DNA of 51,908 bases, taken from contig MCFE01000625.1 of NCBI GenBank assembly GCA_002104905.1, forward strand, positions 1-51,908. Direction: 5' to 3'. Every line of letters starts with the position of its first letter. Position 1 is the stretch's first letter. The stretch is from Basidiobolus meristosporus CBS 931.73. Its lineage: Eukaryota; Fungi; Basidiobolomycota. This document shows positions 24,707 to 37,302 of the stretch, in pieces. The translations under genes were made by a program, and so were the position numbers. The notes under the pieces are model-generated. The model had not been told where the DNA came from and searched no databases. It worked only from the letters and a program-made list of their open reading frames with translations.

Positions 24707-27700
24707 CTAATGGAAATCCGATTCGTCCAGAAATCCGATTTGTCTCCAATAGTCAAGATAACTGGAGATCAATGTCTCGTTGATAGTGGGGCATTCCTTG
24801 GCTAATGTTACGGAACGATCACAAGTAACCTCGGTATCCAGCCGGCCAAAGGTGGTCGCCGAAGGTGAGCTCGCCATCTTCTCCAAAAACGGCAATAGAG
24901 TTAGAATGGGATCATCAGGTTTAAGACCGTTCTTCGTTTGGGTGAGCTTCAATAGGTTGGTCCACCATTCCTCCATAGACATCATCTTGATCTGGCGACC
25001 AGTGAGGTTGCCAACATATCCAATGAGCTCACTCCATGACTCAGCTGGGTGTGGATTCACCTCGTGGTAGACTGAGATGCTCTCATCTGGTTGCTTTTGC
25101 CGGGTAATCAGCTCTACCAGACTCTTGGCTCCGATGTTCACCGGAATCCAATCAGTGGGTAGGCTCATCATTGGTGACACCCCAGTCTTGATAGCGTTGC
25201 GGATGAGAATAGGGAACTGCTCGCGAGTATTCCAGGCTCCGGTCGTGCTGTTGCCTGATATCTGGCCATATCGAAAGATTGTCACCGGCAACCCTTGCTG
25301 GGCCATTCTGACCAGCGCCTCCTCTGCGACCAGCTTTGACCTGCTGTATCCATTTGGCATTGCAATGCGGATATCTGGTGGGTGAGGGGCCTCGGGGATC
25401 AGGGACCTCGAGTCAGCAGCGCATGCACCAATGCTCGATATGAATATGTACTGCTTGGGCGCAAGTCCAGACACTGCGAATTTCGCTAGGTTCAGGGTCG
25501 GGGGTAGGCAAGTGGGCTCGAACGCCTCAAGGTTCGAGTTGAAATCCATTCTCCAGGCCCCATGGTAGATGTGGGTGACATTCTCCCTCAAATGGTTGAA
25601 CGTGGCCTCGTCTAGGCCAAAGTGGGCATCACTCAGGTCACAGGGGAGCACCGTGAGCCTGTCCTCATTAGCCAGCAGCACCTCCTTGCTCAGGTGGAAG
25701 TGGTCGAACGCCCCCTCGAGTTTTCCTCTCGACGCATCCGCGCTGTCCCCACGAATCAAGCAGTATACGTGATCGACCTCGTTGTTCAGTAACAGCTCGT
25801 GGATTACGTGGATGGCCAGATACCCAGAGGCTCCAGTCATCAGGATGCTCATTCCAGCCGAGTCATGAGGTGACTGCTTGGCTCCGAATGGACCGATATC
25901 CTTGAGGGTGTACTTGTCGACAAATCGCTCAAAGTAGGCGTCAAGATCCTCAACATCATCCTCAGCCCCATTCTGGGTCTTGGCTGCGTTGGAAGCGCGA
26001 ACCAAATACTCGGTGAGTGATTGGATGGTTGGATATTCGAACACTAACGAGTAGGGAAGGGTGAGGAAGCCGAACCTCTTCGAGATCACACTGCGGAACT
26101 CCATGGCTGCAATGGAGTCCATCCCGAGATCTACGAGGGATGAGTCATGGTTCGCGAAGTGTTGCGCACTCACATCGAGTATCCTCGCAATGCTGGTCTG
26201 AAGGAATCCTCGGATATTCTCCGGCTCCACGACTGCCTCCTTCGCAATGGTGAAGATGTGCCAGCCCAGGGCCTGGATGGTTGCGTTGTCGAAGATGGAA
26301 GCAAAGGCGAGTTTGAGCTCAGGAATCTGAGCCATGATTCTGCCGTGGAGCTCCATCGCGGCAATCGAGTCCATCCCCATATCAATGAGGGATTTGGAGT
26401 GGTCACTGAACAGCTCAGCGGGCTGATTGAGGATCTCCGCAATGGTTTGTTGAATGAAGCACTCGATGGAACCAGGATTGATCACCATTTCTTGAGAACG
26501 ACCTGACTTTGTGTCGCCCTGTTGGTACAACTCCTCAATCTCCTTCTCGTACTCGATCAAGATCTTTTTGCGAGCAATGTTCCCTTTGGCCGTGCATGTA
26601 AGGGCTCTACCTGGGGGCAGGATGTAGATCATATTTCTACGTATTCTGGAGTGCTTGGGAATCTGTTGATTAATATCATGGGTTAGGCTTTGAATCAATT
26701 GAAAAGCGCCTTCGCGATATTTCTCCGAAGATAGCTCCACCAGCAAGCAGGTGCCAGATCTATTCGAGCCTAGGATAGCGACGTTGTTGAATTTTCCTTT
26801 CCCTTCAGCCATCAACTGCTTCTCAATGGTAGTGGCCTGGTCTTCTCACCATTGCTGTGCACAAGGATATCATCGTATCTTCCTTTGTAAAACCATTTGC
26901 CGGAACCAGCAGGGGTTTCAACAAAGATGTCACCAGTATGGAAAGCACCAGTTTTGGGATTGATGGGAAGGGAAGGGGCCAGACAAGGATCTTCCTTGAG
27001 GAAAACCATCTCCTTCTCTCCCTCAATACCTCTATTGGTAGAAAACATGTGGTTTCCGGATTGACAGGCATCAACAAATTCCATTCAGGCTTTTCAGCCA
27101 TTAGCACGATTCCAGAAGTCTCTGTCATTCCGTACATTGATACCATATGAACATCTTCCTCTACCAGCCTGGTGGCGATTTGCTCCGAAAAAGCTGCACC
27201 ACAAACTATGATCATATCTAGGTTTCTCAGCATCTGGTATACCGTGGGGTCCTCCTCAGCTGTGAAGTAAATCTGCTCCAACATCCATGGAACAAGCAAC
27301 AAAACGTTGGGATGGTATTGCCGTATCGTTTTGACCAGGTTATTACCGGTTGGGACGAAGGTACCTGATGCAGATGGAGGGATGACGAAAGTCGCGCCAT
27401 AGTAGATGATTCTAATGAACTCGCATAAAGTACCAGCCGCATGGAATAATGGCAGAAAGCCGCAGGCGATGCTTTCGGAATTGATCGGGATTGCCTGGGT
27501 GCATTGGATACCAGTGATTATCTGCCGACTCCCTTGAGCAATTAGTTTAGGGAACAATGTACTGCCTGATGTATGCATGTACATTATAATTCTATTAAAA
27601 TCCTCAGGGCGGCTCTTGACGAGCGACTCTACTTCCGCGGGGATTGCATACACCTGATTTGTCTTGGGAGCCAAATTAGGAAGGGAAGGGAAATCGTCCA

Positions 27701-28136
27701 TCGCACTCTCGGTCAAGAGTAGTATCTGAAGATCGGGCATTGCCTTTGCGATCAATCTGGCTGTCTCGATGAACTGCGGATGGACAACAAGAATGCTTGC
27801 TTTGCCTTCCTTCAAAAGATGGATCAATCCCTCAGTAGAGTTTTTCGTACTCAAATTCAGCGAAAAAGCCCGTGCCCTGATTAGGGAGAAAAGCAGCGTA
27901 CAATATTCAATACAGTTTGGGGCCAGTATTCCCACCATGGTATCCTCTGAGATCGAAATACCGCATTGATTCCACAGCTGTAGCGCATTGTAAATAGTTA
28001 AGTCTCGGAATTGCTTGTAAGATATCCGCTGCTCCTCCCCTTGAGCGTCGGTGTATATGAGCGCAGTTTTGGAGCCCAGTTTCTTGGCATAACAGTCTAG
28101 TAAAGTGTTTAAATCCTTGGATTGGATACTCGGCAT
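24707..28136 (-). CDS. NRPS-like adenylate-forming reductase copy 2, A-T-T-R, two apparent -1 indels (about 27030 and 26829)
   Basis: ORFs of 437 aa, 90 aa and 702 aa in successive frames are collinear with copy 1 and carry the same A, T, T and R motifs. Both breaks are runs one base shorter than needed to keep frame. Could be a pseudogene or sequencing error. Confidence 0.88.
24951..26671. repeat. About 1.7 kb near-identical direct repeat, copy 2
   Basis: See copy 1 at 20343-22065. Confidence 0.93.
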
Positions 28137-29772
28137 TGTTACGCTGGCTGCTTATCGATTCCTGCCACCTTTTATATATTATGTACTGCCCCAACACCAC
28201 GGTTCCCCCCCCCCCCTTGAATCTATTTCAGATCTCACAAATCAAACATTGGGAGAGGAAATCTTCCACATCGCCCTTGCTGATCTGTGGAATAGGATAA
28301 ACTCACCGGACCTAAGTCAAAAGACCAGAGTGTGTTATCAGTTGCAGTTTTGGACATACATCTAGATCCACCCTAGGGAGCTGATCCCCTTATGGATTAC
28401 TTAGAATATTCCTAATGGTTATCATCCCTTTTCTGTCTGAATGCCATCTACACCCACTTTTTATTCAGCTACGAAGGCCTCTGGCGATGTTAGGATTTTA
28501 GAGCCTGATAACTACTACGGCATCGTATGCGGAATGATTTTCGTACCGAGATAACGGATAAACTTAACCTTCCGAATGCAGTTGTTTTGAGTTAATAAAT
28601 CGACCAATGATATGGGATATATATCACAATCACGCCAATTGTTACAGCCATGTGTTGCGGTAGGGATGAAACATGTGCCACGTGTTTTTGGGATATGGGA
28701 GACCAACTTTAAATCATCCACTGTTTTGCGATAGGAAATCACCATATCTGCAATCATCAGGCAAGTAAAATCTTTATTCCAGGCATCCAATAGTCTCAGT
28801 TTCAACTTCGTCATCAACCAATGTATATTGGGCATACTACTGGTCATCAGATGACCTACCCAGTCGTGCTCTGGATTTATTCATCTGCGGTATTTACCTG
28901 CCAAACTAATTAATTCCAACCCGTTGCTGACTCCCAGTTACCCCGCTCGGATCTTACCATACCCGTCGAAAAGCATCTGGTGAATCCTGGATATCTACAT
29001 GCTTTTCGTGGTAATACAACACTATTGCAATGTACAGGCAACTTGTATATACTTCCGGTAAATCTCCAAAGCGTTATAAGTACAGAACCTTCTACCATCA
29101 TCTGTTTTGGGAACTCCGTATTACCGCCCCGTCAGCATTGTCAATGCATCATTAATACTTTCGAAAATTCCATGATTTTCTTGGTGCCCGTTCGTTTGCA
29201 GGCTTTCGATGACAAGGTTAGTTACCAGTATGTGCCTACCACCTTTCTATTCCGATTACGAATGGTAAGAGACAACCGCGATTTGCTGTTGTGGAAAATG
29301 GCTGCTGATAGCGCTTCCCAGCTGAATCCATGCTCACCTAAAACTTCCATTTCAAGTGGGCAAGCTACACATCGAAGAGGATAGTTATCCGGCCGATATG
29401 GTCTCAGGAGTAGGATACATGTATGTTCACCCAGGGATAAAGGAGTCATTTCTCTACACCGCTCTCCAGATGGTGATGATCTGTAATGGTGATGGAGTTG
29501 ATATTGTGTCATGGGCCACAAGCCTCATGGTGGAGCATTGAAACGGCGCACTTCCTACATCATTCAAGATCAGCAAACGTTGCCAAAGCGAAATCCGCGC
29601 ACGTGATGTCGAACATTATGGCATGCATTGGAATTCGTGATATCACGAATTGAACGATTTCGGACTCAGTTGTAATCATTACAACATCGTTGGGGATAAA
29701 TCCAGATGAGTGCAATCATAGTGATGGGCGTTAGCCAACTATACCAGCACTACGCTTCGAAATAAGATCCAG

Positions 29773-29856
29773 CCTTATATTCAACCTTATAATCGCATAC
29801 CCTTATATTCAACCTTATAATCGCATACCCTTATATTCAACCTTATAATCACATAC
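29773..29856. repeat. 28-bp minisatellite, 3 copies (CCTTATATTCAACCTTATAATCGCATAC)
   Basis: Three tandem units read directly, with one substitution in the third. Confidence 0.95.
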
Positions 29857-30047
29857 CACAGACCACATTCTGGATCCAGGAGAAACGGCTAATTGAGAGC
29901 CCAAATGATCGAGCATTGGGACAATTCCACGCTTAGTAGGTCGCTATTCCATGATATTTCGCGAGATTCGATCCATTAATTGTGTATTGTTTATTGGAAT
30001 GGGGAAATATGTTACATTGGGGTATTTAATTTACGGTTTATGCTATC

Positions 30048-32066
30048 TTACTGCTTCTTCAACCTTGAGTTTTGGGAGGTTTCACTCGCCACCGTGCTGC
30101 TTGCCTCATCATCGGAGTGGGAATGGAATTCCTTTGAGATCATACTGTAGGTGGGCCATGATGAGTTATCCACGCTGATCAAGCGTGATTTTATCATCTT
30201 TTCGCTTGGATCATCCTCTTGCCTTTCCAAGTCGACTTCCGGTACGCAGCAGCACATGTAGCTCTTGATGACATCCCAATAGAGAATTCCCAAAGGGATG
30301 ATAACTACCAGAATCACCAACCAGCCCAATGCACTGTCAAGCAACGACCAGAGAAGGCGACCGACACCGACGACAAAGGCTATGAACCAAGGAATATGAA
30401 TGATCACGTGCGAGGTCCGCTCCATGAAGGAGTCCCCTTTACGCATCTCACTGGCCGAGCGCGCAGATGTACCCCACTGGGTGAGATGAGGAGTGAGCAT
30501 GGCATACATTTTGGCTGGGATGAGGAAGAAGAAATAATAAAAGCCATAGAAGGAAAACAGGAAGAAGTCCAATCGAGCATAGAGCACCCAAGGGGTACAC
30601 AGGAGGGGAATGCGGACACCTTCTTGGGATAATCTGCTGTCGAACTCGTATTTGTTTACCTTTTCGTCTTTGCGCACCAATTTGAGGGTGATCAGGAAGG
30701 CGTACAGAGCTCTGACAAGCCCGACAACCCAAACAGTAACCAAGAAGATTCCAAGTCGCTTGAGACTATGGCTTCCGTACAGATAAGCGAGCGCATTGTA
30801 TGCCAAGATGAAGGGGTATACTGCCTGGATGCTCATCTCCACGCATAACCAGGGTGAGTGAAAGATGTATACTTTGGGGAACCAGAGGAGCTCTCTATAG
30901 AAGGACTTTCCCCAACGAGTCTGCTGTTTAATCCATCTAACCACTGTGGCGGGTGCGTCGGAGTAGCAGTAGGCATGATGTGTATAGAGAACCTTGAGAT
31001 TTTGATGGAGAACTTGATTTGTAAGGTGGCGATCGTCACCGAACGTAGTCTCGGTCTTGGCAAATTTCTGAGTCACCCAAGAGCCCAGAACGACTTTAAG
31101 AATACGAACGTCATACAACCCGAGGGGGCCGCTGACACACAATACGGCTCTGTTGAAGGACTGACAAGCACGCTCAATATTGAAGGCGAACCAATAACGG
31201 AGGGAGCACATTCTGGCCAAGAAACTGTCGCTCTTGTTCCAAATCTTGACGTCACCGGTTACAGCACCAACATTTTTTTCGCATTGGATGCATCTGACCA
31301 AATGGCCGATGGCATCCTCATCTACCAAGGTGTCGGAATCCGTTGTGAACAAGTAGCCATCACACTGGAAGCCCTCAAGCGCCATAAGGAAGCCGGTAAA
31401 CATCGCGATACGCTTGTGTCCGTGTGGTTGGAGAAAGCAGATATGTTGGCTGGATTCAAGGTTGTAAGCACTAACAATATACCGCACGTCTTCACTGGTA
31501 TGTTTCCATGCCCAAGCTTCAGCCTCCTTCGTGGTATGGCCTTCCTCCAGAGATTTGTCATACATGCGCTTATAAACGGTAGCAATGCTCTCTGGCAGAG
31601 ACACGATTACTCCTTCGGGGAATACTCGAACAAACTCTTCAGCCATCTCCTGGTCGGCCTCCTCGTCACCATCGCAGACAGCAATCACCCTCGTTAAACC
31701 AAGGTAAGTGGACCTTTTAAGACTCTGGAGCGCAGCGGACCAGGCATTGATCTCTTCACGATAACCAACAATCACAGCATTCACCTCCTTGGTCTCCTTG
31801 GCGTCCAACACCTTTTTTGCAACACGATTCATTCGAAGCCGGTTGAGGGTGGCAAAGATCACCTGAACAACGAAGAACGAAATGATAACTATGCCGTAAA
31901 TACCTAGGGTGAGCCAGGATGTGCCGGCCACATTCACTTTCAGCACTAGCCCTACAATCACTGCAGCCACGAAACATGGGCCTAGCAGCACTTTGATCAG
32001 GGCGAAGCAATAGAACCAAAATCCCGTAGGATGTGGTGGAGGATACGGTTTTACCTCATCAGACAT
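30048..32066 (-). CDS. Class I hyaluronan-synthase-like GT2 processive glycosyltransferase, intronless
   Basis: 672 aa. Two N-terminal TM helices, then GYREE, TDSDT, VGAVTGDVKIWN, LRYWFAFNIERACQS, CVSGPLGLY, TFGDDRHLTN, QQTRWGKSFYRE, C-terminal TM helices and WGTSAR. These track vertebrate and chlorovirus HAS motifs (YWMAFNIERACQS, GDDRHLTN, QQTRWSKS, WGTSGR) rather than the chitin synthase QRRRW. Confidence 0.88.
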   Translation of the reverse strand: MSDEVKPYPPPHPTGFWFYCFALIKVLLGPCFVAAVIVGLVLKVNVAGTSWLTLGIYGIVIISFFVVQVIFATLNRLRMNRVAKKVLDAKETKEVNAVIVGYREEINAWSAALQSLKRSTYLGLTRVIAVCDGDEEADQEMAEEFVRVFPEGVIVSLPESIATVYKRMYDKSLEEGHTTKEAEAWAWKHTSEDVRYIVSAYNLESSQHICFLQPHGHKRIAMFTGFLMALEGFQCDGYLFTTDSDTLVDEDAIGHLVRCIQCEKNVGAVTGDVKIWNKSDSFLARMCSLRYWFAFNIERACQSFNRAVLCVSGPLGLYDVRILKVVLGSWVTQKFAKTETTFGDDRHLTNQVLHQNLKVLYTHHAYCYSDAPATVVRWIKQQTRWGKSFYRELLWFPKVYIFHSPWLCVEMSIQAVYPFILAYNALAYLYGSHSLKRLGIFLVTVWVVGLVRALYAFLITLKLVRKDEKVNKYEFDSRLSQEGVRIPLLCTPWVLYARLDFFLFSFYGFYYFFFLIPAKMYAMLTPHLTQWGTSARSASEMRKGDSFMERTSHVIIHIPWFIAFVVGVGRLLWSLLDSALGWLVILVVIIPLGILYWDVIKSYMCCCVPEVDLERQEDDPSEKMIKSRLISVDNSSWPTYSMISKEFHSHSDDEASSTVASETSQNSRLKKQ

Positions 32067-35000
32067 TTGAGTTGAAGAGAGACAAAATTAGTTAATGACA
32101 ACTCGACCACGAACTCATGGATCCCATTTATATTTCAAATAAGATCTGCCGGGTCCGTTGTAAGTAACGAAATTACGCTATTCATCCACTTACCTATAAT
32201 AGCCTAGTGGTATCAAGATACTGGTGCTCCGTCATTAATGGTCTAGCGATCAGATTTAAAGTAAGAGCTCTACATTAAGCCGTCTTTCGATTTAATATAT
32301 CTCGGGATGCAGGGCGGTATTGATACCCACCAGATTTAGGCTGCACATATAACCTCTTTCATTCATCATACCATTGGCTTCGATATAGGCTCGACTGCGT
32401 TGGATTGACGAGGTTGCTTTCTGCTTGTTTTCTGGACGAATAGCCGCTGTCATCTGTTTACCGAATTAGGTGCGATTTTGGGTAATGAGCTTTCCTAATA
32501 AGACTAAATTGCTTGATGTGCTATTCTAGAATAACCTAATCTAGATTGCATCTCAATGGTTGTTACTAGGCTAGAGATGGAATGGGAAGGCAGCAAGGGC
32601 ATTCTTTGTGCTATAGTGTCGGTCCCCATTCTTGTGATTGTATCGTCAATCCCTATACTTATCAACATCCTAACCCCAACCATAGCCACAGCCGAACTCT
32701 AGTCCTACCCCCTAGAGGTACCGCTACCCTTACCGCACTTCGTAGCCAGCAACGTAATTCGATCAGTTAAATATGCTCCCATATATGCTCCCGATATATC
32801 ACCTCTAGATCACCTCTGGATTACTCAAATTGATTAGGACACACGTTTCGAACGAGCCTTTTACTTTACGCCAATAGTAAACGCTTATAGATAATCAGTG
32901 ATCATGATGGTTACACGGACAGGCTAATTTTAAACGATCTTCGTGATTTCATTCGACCAAGTTATTAATAGATACGAGTGGGTTTTGATCAGCTTCATAC
33001 GTGATCTGCAGGTCATCGCTGTTTATGTTGCGTAGTGAGCGGGATTTTGTTATGATCGTTTGGACAGAATGTTCCAAGTCCAGAAACTTAGTCGAAGAGG
33101 AGTGTAGAAGCTTTAAAGTGGGTCAGATGCTGCATAGGCGTACGAAATAGTGTAGATTGTATCGATCGTATTGATTCCATCAAGATACGATGGTAACTTC
33201 AGTCATTCAATTTACACGTAACCGGTGAAGAACTTCGAAAGCCATGGGGATACAACGAATAGCTCCATACGAGGTTGTCTACGGTCAACGTTGCATATCG
33301 ACCCCGGTACTTCGCGCAAATCAATGTTGTTAACCCAACCAGAATGATGTTTGGATGCACAAATAGGAAAAGATGAAAAAACATCGTACAACCGTGAAAA
33401 TCATTGCCATAGCATCCCATTCAGCAGTAAAATCTTCACATCGGAAATTTTCTGCGCCACTTCATCTATCCAGAAATATCAGCAGCGATGACCACTTCCC
33501 CAATAGTACCAGGTGTCCTCGGCGAAATTTTCTCCGTTAAACGGGGTAAACCTCCTTCTCTATTTGCAGTGGTAAGATAGAGCCTATTTAGAAGGAGAAA
33601 AACTTTTGTTACGCCCTGCTTAAATTACTACCAAGTTTTGCCAAAGTGTCTACCAACACGGCGGCTGAGATATGTTTGATACTGCACTGATCAATTTGAC
33701 CCCTTTAGTTGTCAAGTTTGATGCTGCACTGATCTTACATATGCATATTTACCGCTGAGGTACTTGTATTGTGCCATAGCTTTGTTGGGTGATTTAGGCA
33801 ATCTTATTGGTTTCTGTCAGTTGGCGGTGCCACGGTAACCTCATACCTTTCCAGCTGCTACAATACTTCTATCCCCACAAAGCTAGCAACCTCCGGGTTC
33901 TATATAACAGCCATATAGCTCTATAATGATGAGCGGTCGCATTCTTTCGACCATTTGGTCAACAGAACTACTTTTTAACACTCCCTCCACTTGGCGTATT
34001 GCTCTGATGGCATCCACCCTGGACCCCAGAAAGATTAATCGAGTAGTTATTAACAATATCACCGATTTAACCTTATTGAGGAGTGACTTCACTCCGGTAT
34101 ATATATGGGTTTTTTTTGAAGTGCATTTATTGGTTATTATTTGTTAGGGTGACCTGACCGCTAAAATATTCCATTCTTGAGTGTTGATTGGATCATCGGG
34201 AGTCGGGGACTGAACGGGTGCGAGGTTGCTCAAATTTCTCATTGAGAATGCTAATGCTACGGTGGATGCAATGTATTCGGTCTTGGAAGCTAAACCCATA
34301 CGGAAGAATATTGATATCTGAGGGTGTCACTTGGCTTGAATATATGTGTGGGGCGAGAGATTAATAAGTAATGGCTTTAGTAACTTAGCGCCAAATCTGC
34401 ATATCGAGTCAATCTCCCAATGTACTAAGGTTGTGGAAATATCGAAGCAATGCGAGTATCACCATTATTTTCATGACTCTCCAATTTCTTAGCACCATTT
34501 ATGATCCACCGAATCATACTTCACATAACACAGCTTTTACTCACCCGCAAGTGAGATATGTTTCCAATAGACAAAATTAGTTCGGCGCCGAATTTTTCAC
34601 ACGTTAGTATCAAGTTTGAGGGTACAATCTTCATATGAAAGCAGTGCTCTAAAGCATTGTGAAGTCTGCCAAGCCTTATTCGCACTTAATCCAATTTGGG
34701 CATGGTTAATAGGTGGATAGTGATCTGACTTTTGCGCATTTCCTCTTTGGGAAATACAAACTGAGTGCGTGGAGCAGTGAGAATGTACAAATTATTGATC
34801 AATTATTGGCGACCAGCTAGGATGAAATTCAAGGGGAATCTGTTGTAAGTTAACACAGGGGCCTTGAAAGAAGGAACGTGATTTTCACTTAAAGTTGAGC
34901 TATAGCTCTATACTTTCACAGGGGTCTTGCGAATGTAAATATTCTACAGAATAAGTCATATGAGCTATTCAACTGGTAGGGAGTTGTTGGATTTCTTCGA

Positions 35001-35958
35001 GGGATTTTAGATAGGTGTTAGGGCAAGGCCAACAACATGATCTCTGATGATATGCTAAATGTTAAGTGCAGCATTTTTTGTTTGGTCTTGGCTCACAAAA
35101 CCTGCGCTACAGTCTCATTGCTGGTTGCTATGTCTTACACACATTATATAGCTAAGTTCTCAGCGATAAACTTACCTCTATTTATGTGTAGCCAATACAA
35201 CCTTACAGTAAGATAGGATGTAATTCTAGGTGGTATTGGCAGTGATTTGGTGAAATAGAGGAATGCCACGATATTCACTTGTTGTTTTGTTGAACTCGAA
35301 TAAAGTATCTATACCTTCAGAAGAGCTCTGTAAGCATACCGGTTTTCTCCTCTTCCTTGTATCATATAAACTTGCTTGTATATGAAGTAAACATATATTG
35401 ATGCCATTGGGTATTTTCACATAAAAGTTAATGTTTTGGAAGTATGCGTGGATCTTATTAAGTTGTACTATTTGATCCAGTAGTCTTGTTTAGCTTAGAG
35501 CTCCTTGTGATTGTCAGGATTGACTACCATCCATATAGGCTGCAAAAGACTCCATCCTTGTGAAGATCAATTCTTTCTCTGGATATTACATGAGTTTTGT
35601 TCAATCAGTGCAAAATATCTAAGCTGATATCTCTAAGCTATTCTGGCTGATCATGGTGACTCAGAGTGCCATAGCATGCCAGAGAGTACTAATGAGAGCA
35701 AGATTGGAATCAAAATTGAACTGCATATGAAACTAATTTACCAAATCAATAACAGAATATGCAGCACTGCCTGGCTCTTTCATGTATACAGAATACTCAT
35801 AGCTATAGTTAAGACCATGCCAACTTGATAGTGAGAGGGTGATTCCCCTATGTACTGTTGGGATGAACTTGGATTGCAACCTGCTTATTGGGATCAAGTG
35901 CTGCTTGGTGTCCCATTTATACTTTCTTGATTGCAGTTTCTTCACACTAAATGAAAGC

Positions 35959-36304
35959 AGTTGTAGATTTTGTAATTACACCTAAACATTCACATAGCTT
36001 AGTCACTTAGATCATTACATACAAGTCTTAGAGTATTTAATCAAATTTCTGGTTAGCAGTTACTTGGAATATTCTTACCAAAATATTAGGTTTGTATAAC
36101 ATGAGATTTTGAGAAGTTATTCAAGCAGTCCCAAGCTTTGCACACATGCTCTCAGGACCTTTCTAAACATACTCTAAGTGCTGATTCTGCCAAAACAGTA
36201 ACAAAGTACAAATACTACTTTACATTCAATAAATCTTTGAGCAAAAATCTTATTATCTACTTGTTCTCCTGGTCACTTCCAATACCTCCAAAACTCTTAC
36301 AACA
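35959..36304 (+). mobile_element. Solo LTR (Copia family of 268-606) with 5-bp TSD AAAGC
   Basis: (A)GTTG...CAACA termini, AAAGC on both flanks (35954-35958 and 36305-36309), and internal similarity to the other copies. Confidence 0.85.
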
Positions 36305-36730
36305 AAAGCTACAACAAGGTATGAGGTGCAGCTAGATCTTGTAGTTAAAGTACTGTGAAAGCTTTGGATGTATTGCAAATGACCAGTGTGCAAGAAAGGT
36401 GAATGTTGTTTACCTAAAAATTTAATAAATGAAGAGGCATTGATCATACTTGTTCGTAGTATTGGCTGATAGACATGCAGAGTGGATCTAAGAAGACTCT
36501 AAGAACATGTATGGAAAGCTTGAGAACCTTTGAACAACTTAATAAATTTCCATGCCCTAGATATCAGATGTTTTGATGAGAATATCATAGCTAAATCCTG
36601 AGAGAGAATTTTTACAACTGTTCTTAGATTCCAACACCATAATATGGGTAACTTAGTTGTAGCTACAAAGCTAACATCAGATATAGCCTAATTGTAAACT
36701 CTGGCTGGTCACTAGGCTCCAGGTACGTAT

Positions 36731-37078
36731 TGTTTTAAATTTTGTAATATACCTAGATATCCATCTGACTTGGACACTTAGATCATTGTAAACAAACATC
36801 AGAAAATTTTACCCATATTTCTAGTTGAGGCTTACATTGCTTATTCTCACCAAAACATCTGCTATCCAGGGCATGGAAATTTATTGAGTTGTCCAAGCAG
36901 CCCTAAGCTTCTAAGCTTTGAGCACATGCACTTGGGACCTTCCTAAACATATTCTATGTGTTTGCTCTGCCAAGACAATATAAAGGTGCAAATACTACTT
37001 TCACATTCAATAAATCACCAAGTGCAAACCACATAGTCAGCTTGTTCTCCCATTCACTTTTGAAATCTCTAAACCACA
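36731..37078 (+). mobile_element. Solo LTR, degenerate, probable TSD CGTAT/TGTAT
   Basis: Aligns with the family core (ACTTAGATCATT, GCACATGCACTTGGGACCTTCCTAAACATATTCTATGTG, ACATTCAATAAATCA). The flanks differ by one CpG-type transition. Confidence 0.75.
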
Positions 37079-37302
37079 TGTATCCAAAATAAGTAGCCAA
37101 TTTCTAGTAAATGTGGTTTACCAAGGTCATCATTTCTTAACCTCTTATTGTGATGGCTGATGTAAGGTAAGTTTTATTTCCTTAGCTTCTGTGACTCTAT
37201 CAAAGATGTAGAGATGAAAGTAGAAGTCCTTATGAATCTATTAGTATTAAGAAAATTGTAATAAAGATGTTCTCAGATTACTGGGCTGCAGAGTATTTCA
37301 TT

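Noticed and set aside
28515-29541. Possible tailoring or regulator gene between the reductases and the HAS-like gene
   Set aside because: Only short ORFs without recognisable motifs. It may be a decayed gene but I cannot support a call.
30219-31697. Long antisense ORFs (137 and 279 aa) over the HAS-like gene, and similar shadows over NR, the reductases and the LINE
   Set aside because: Explained as opposite-strand shadows of real coding sequence.
18731-32066. Single biosynthetic gene cluster of subtilisin, two reductases and the HAS-like gene
   Set aside because: No biochemical link or shared regulatory motif is visible. Adjacency is adequately explained by subtelomeric accumulation of accessory genes.
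32500-35900. Short ORFs and pseudogene-like frames distal to the HAS-like gene
   Set aside because: Frequent stops and no identifiable homology by eye.
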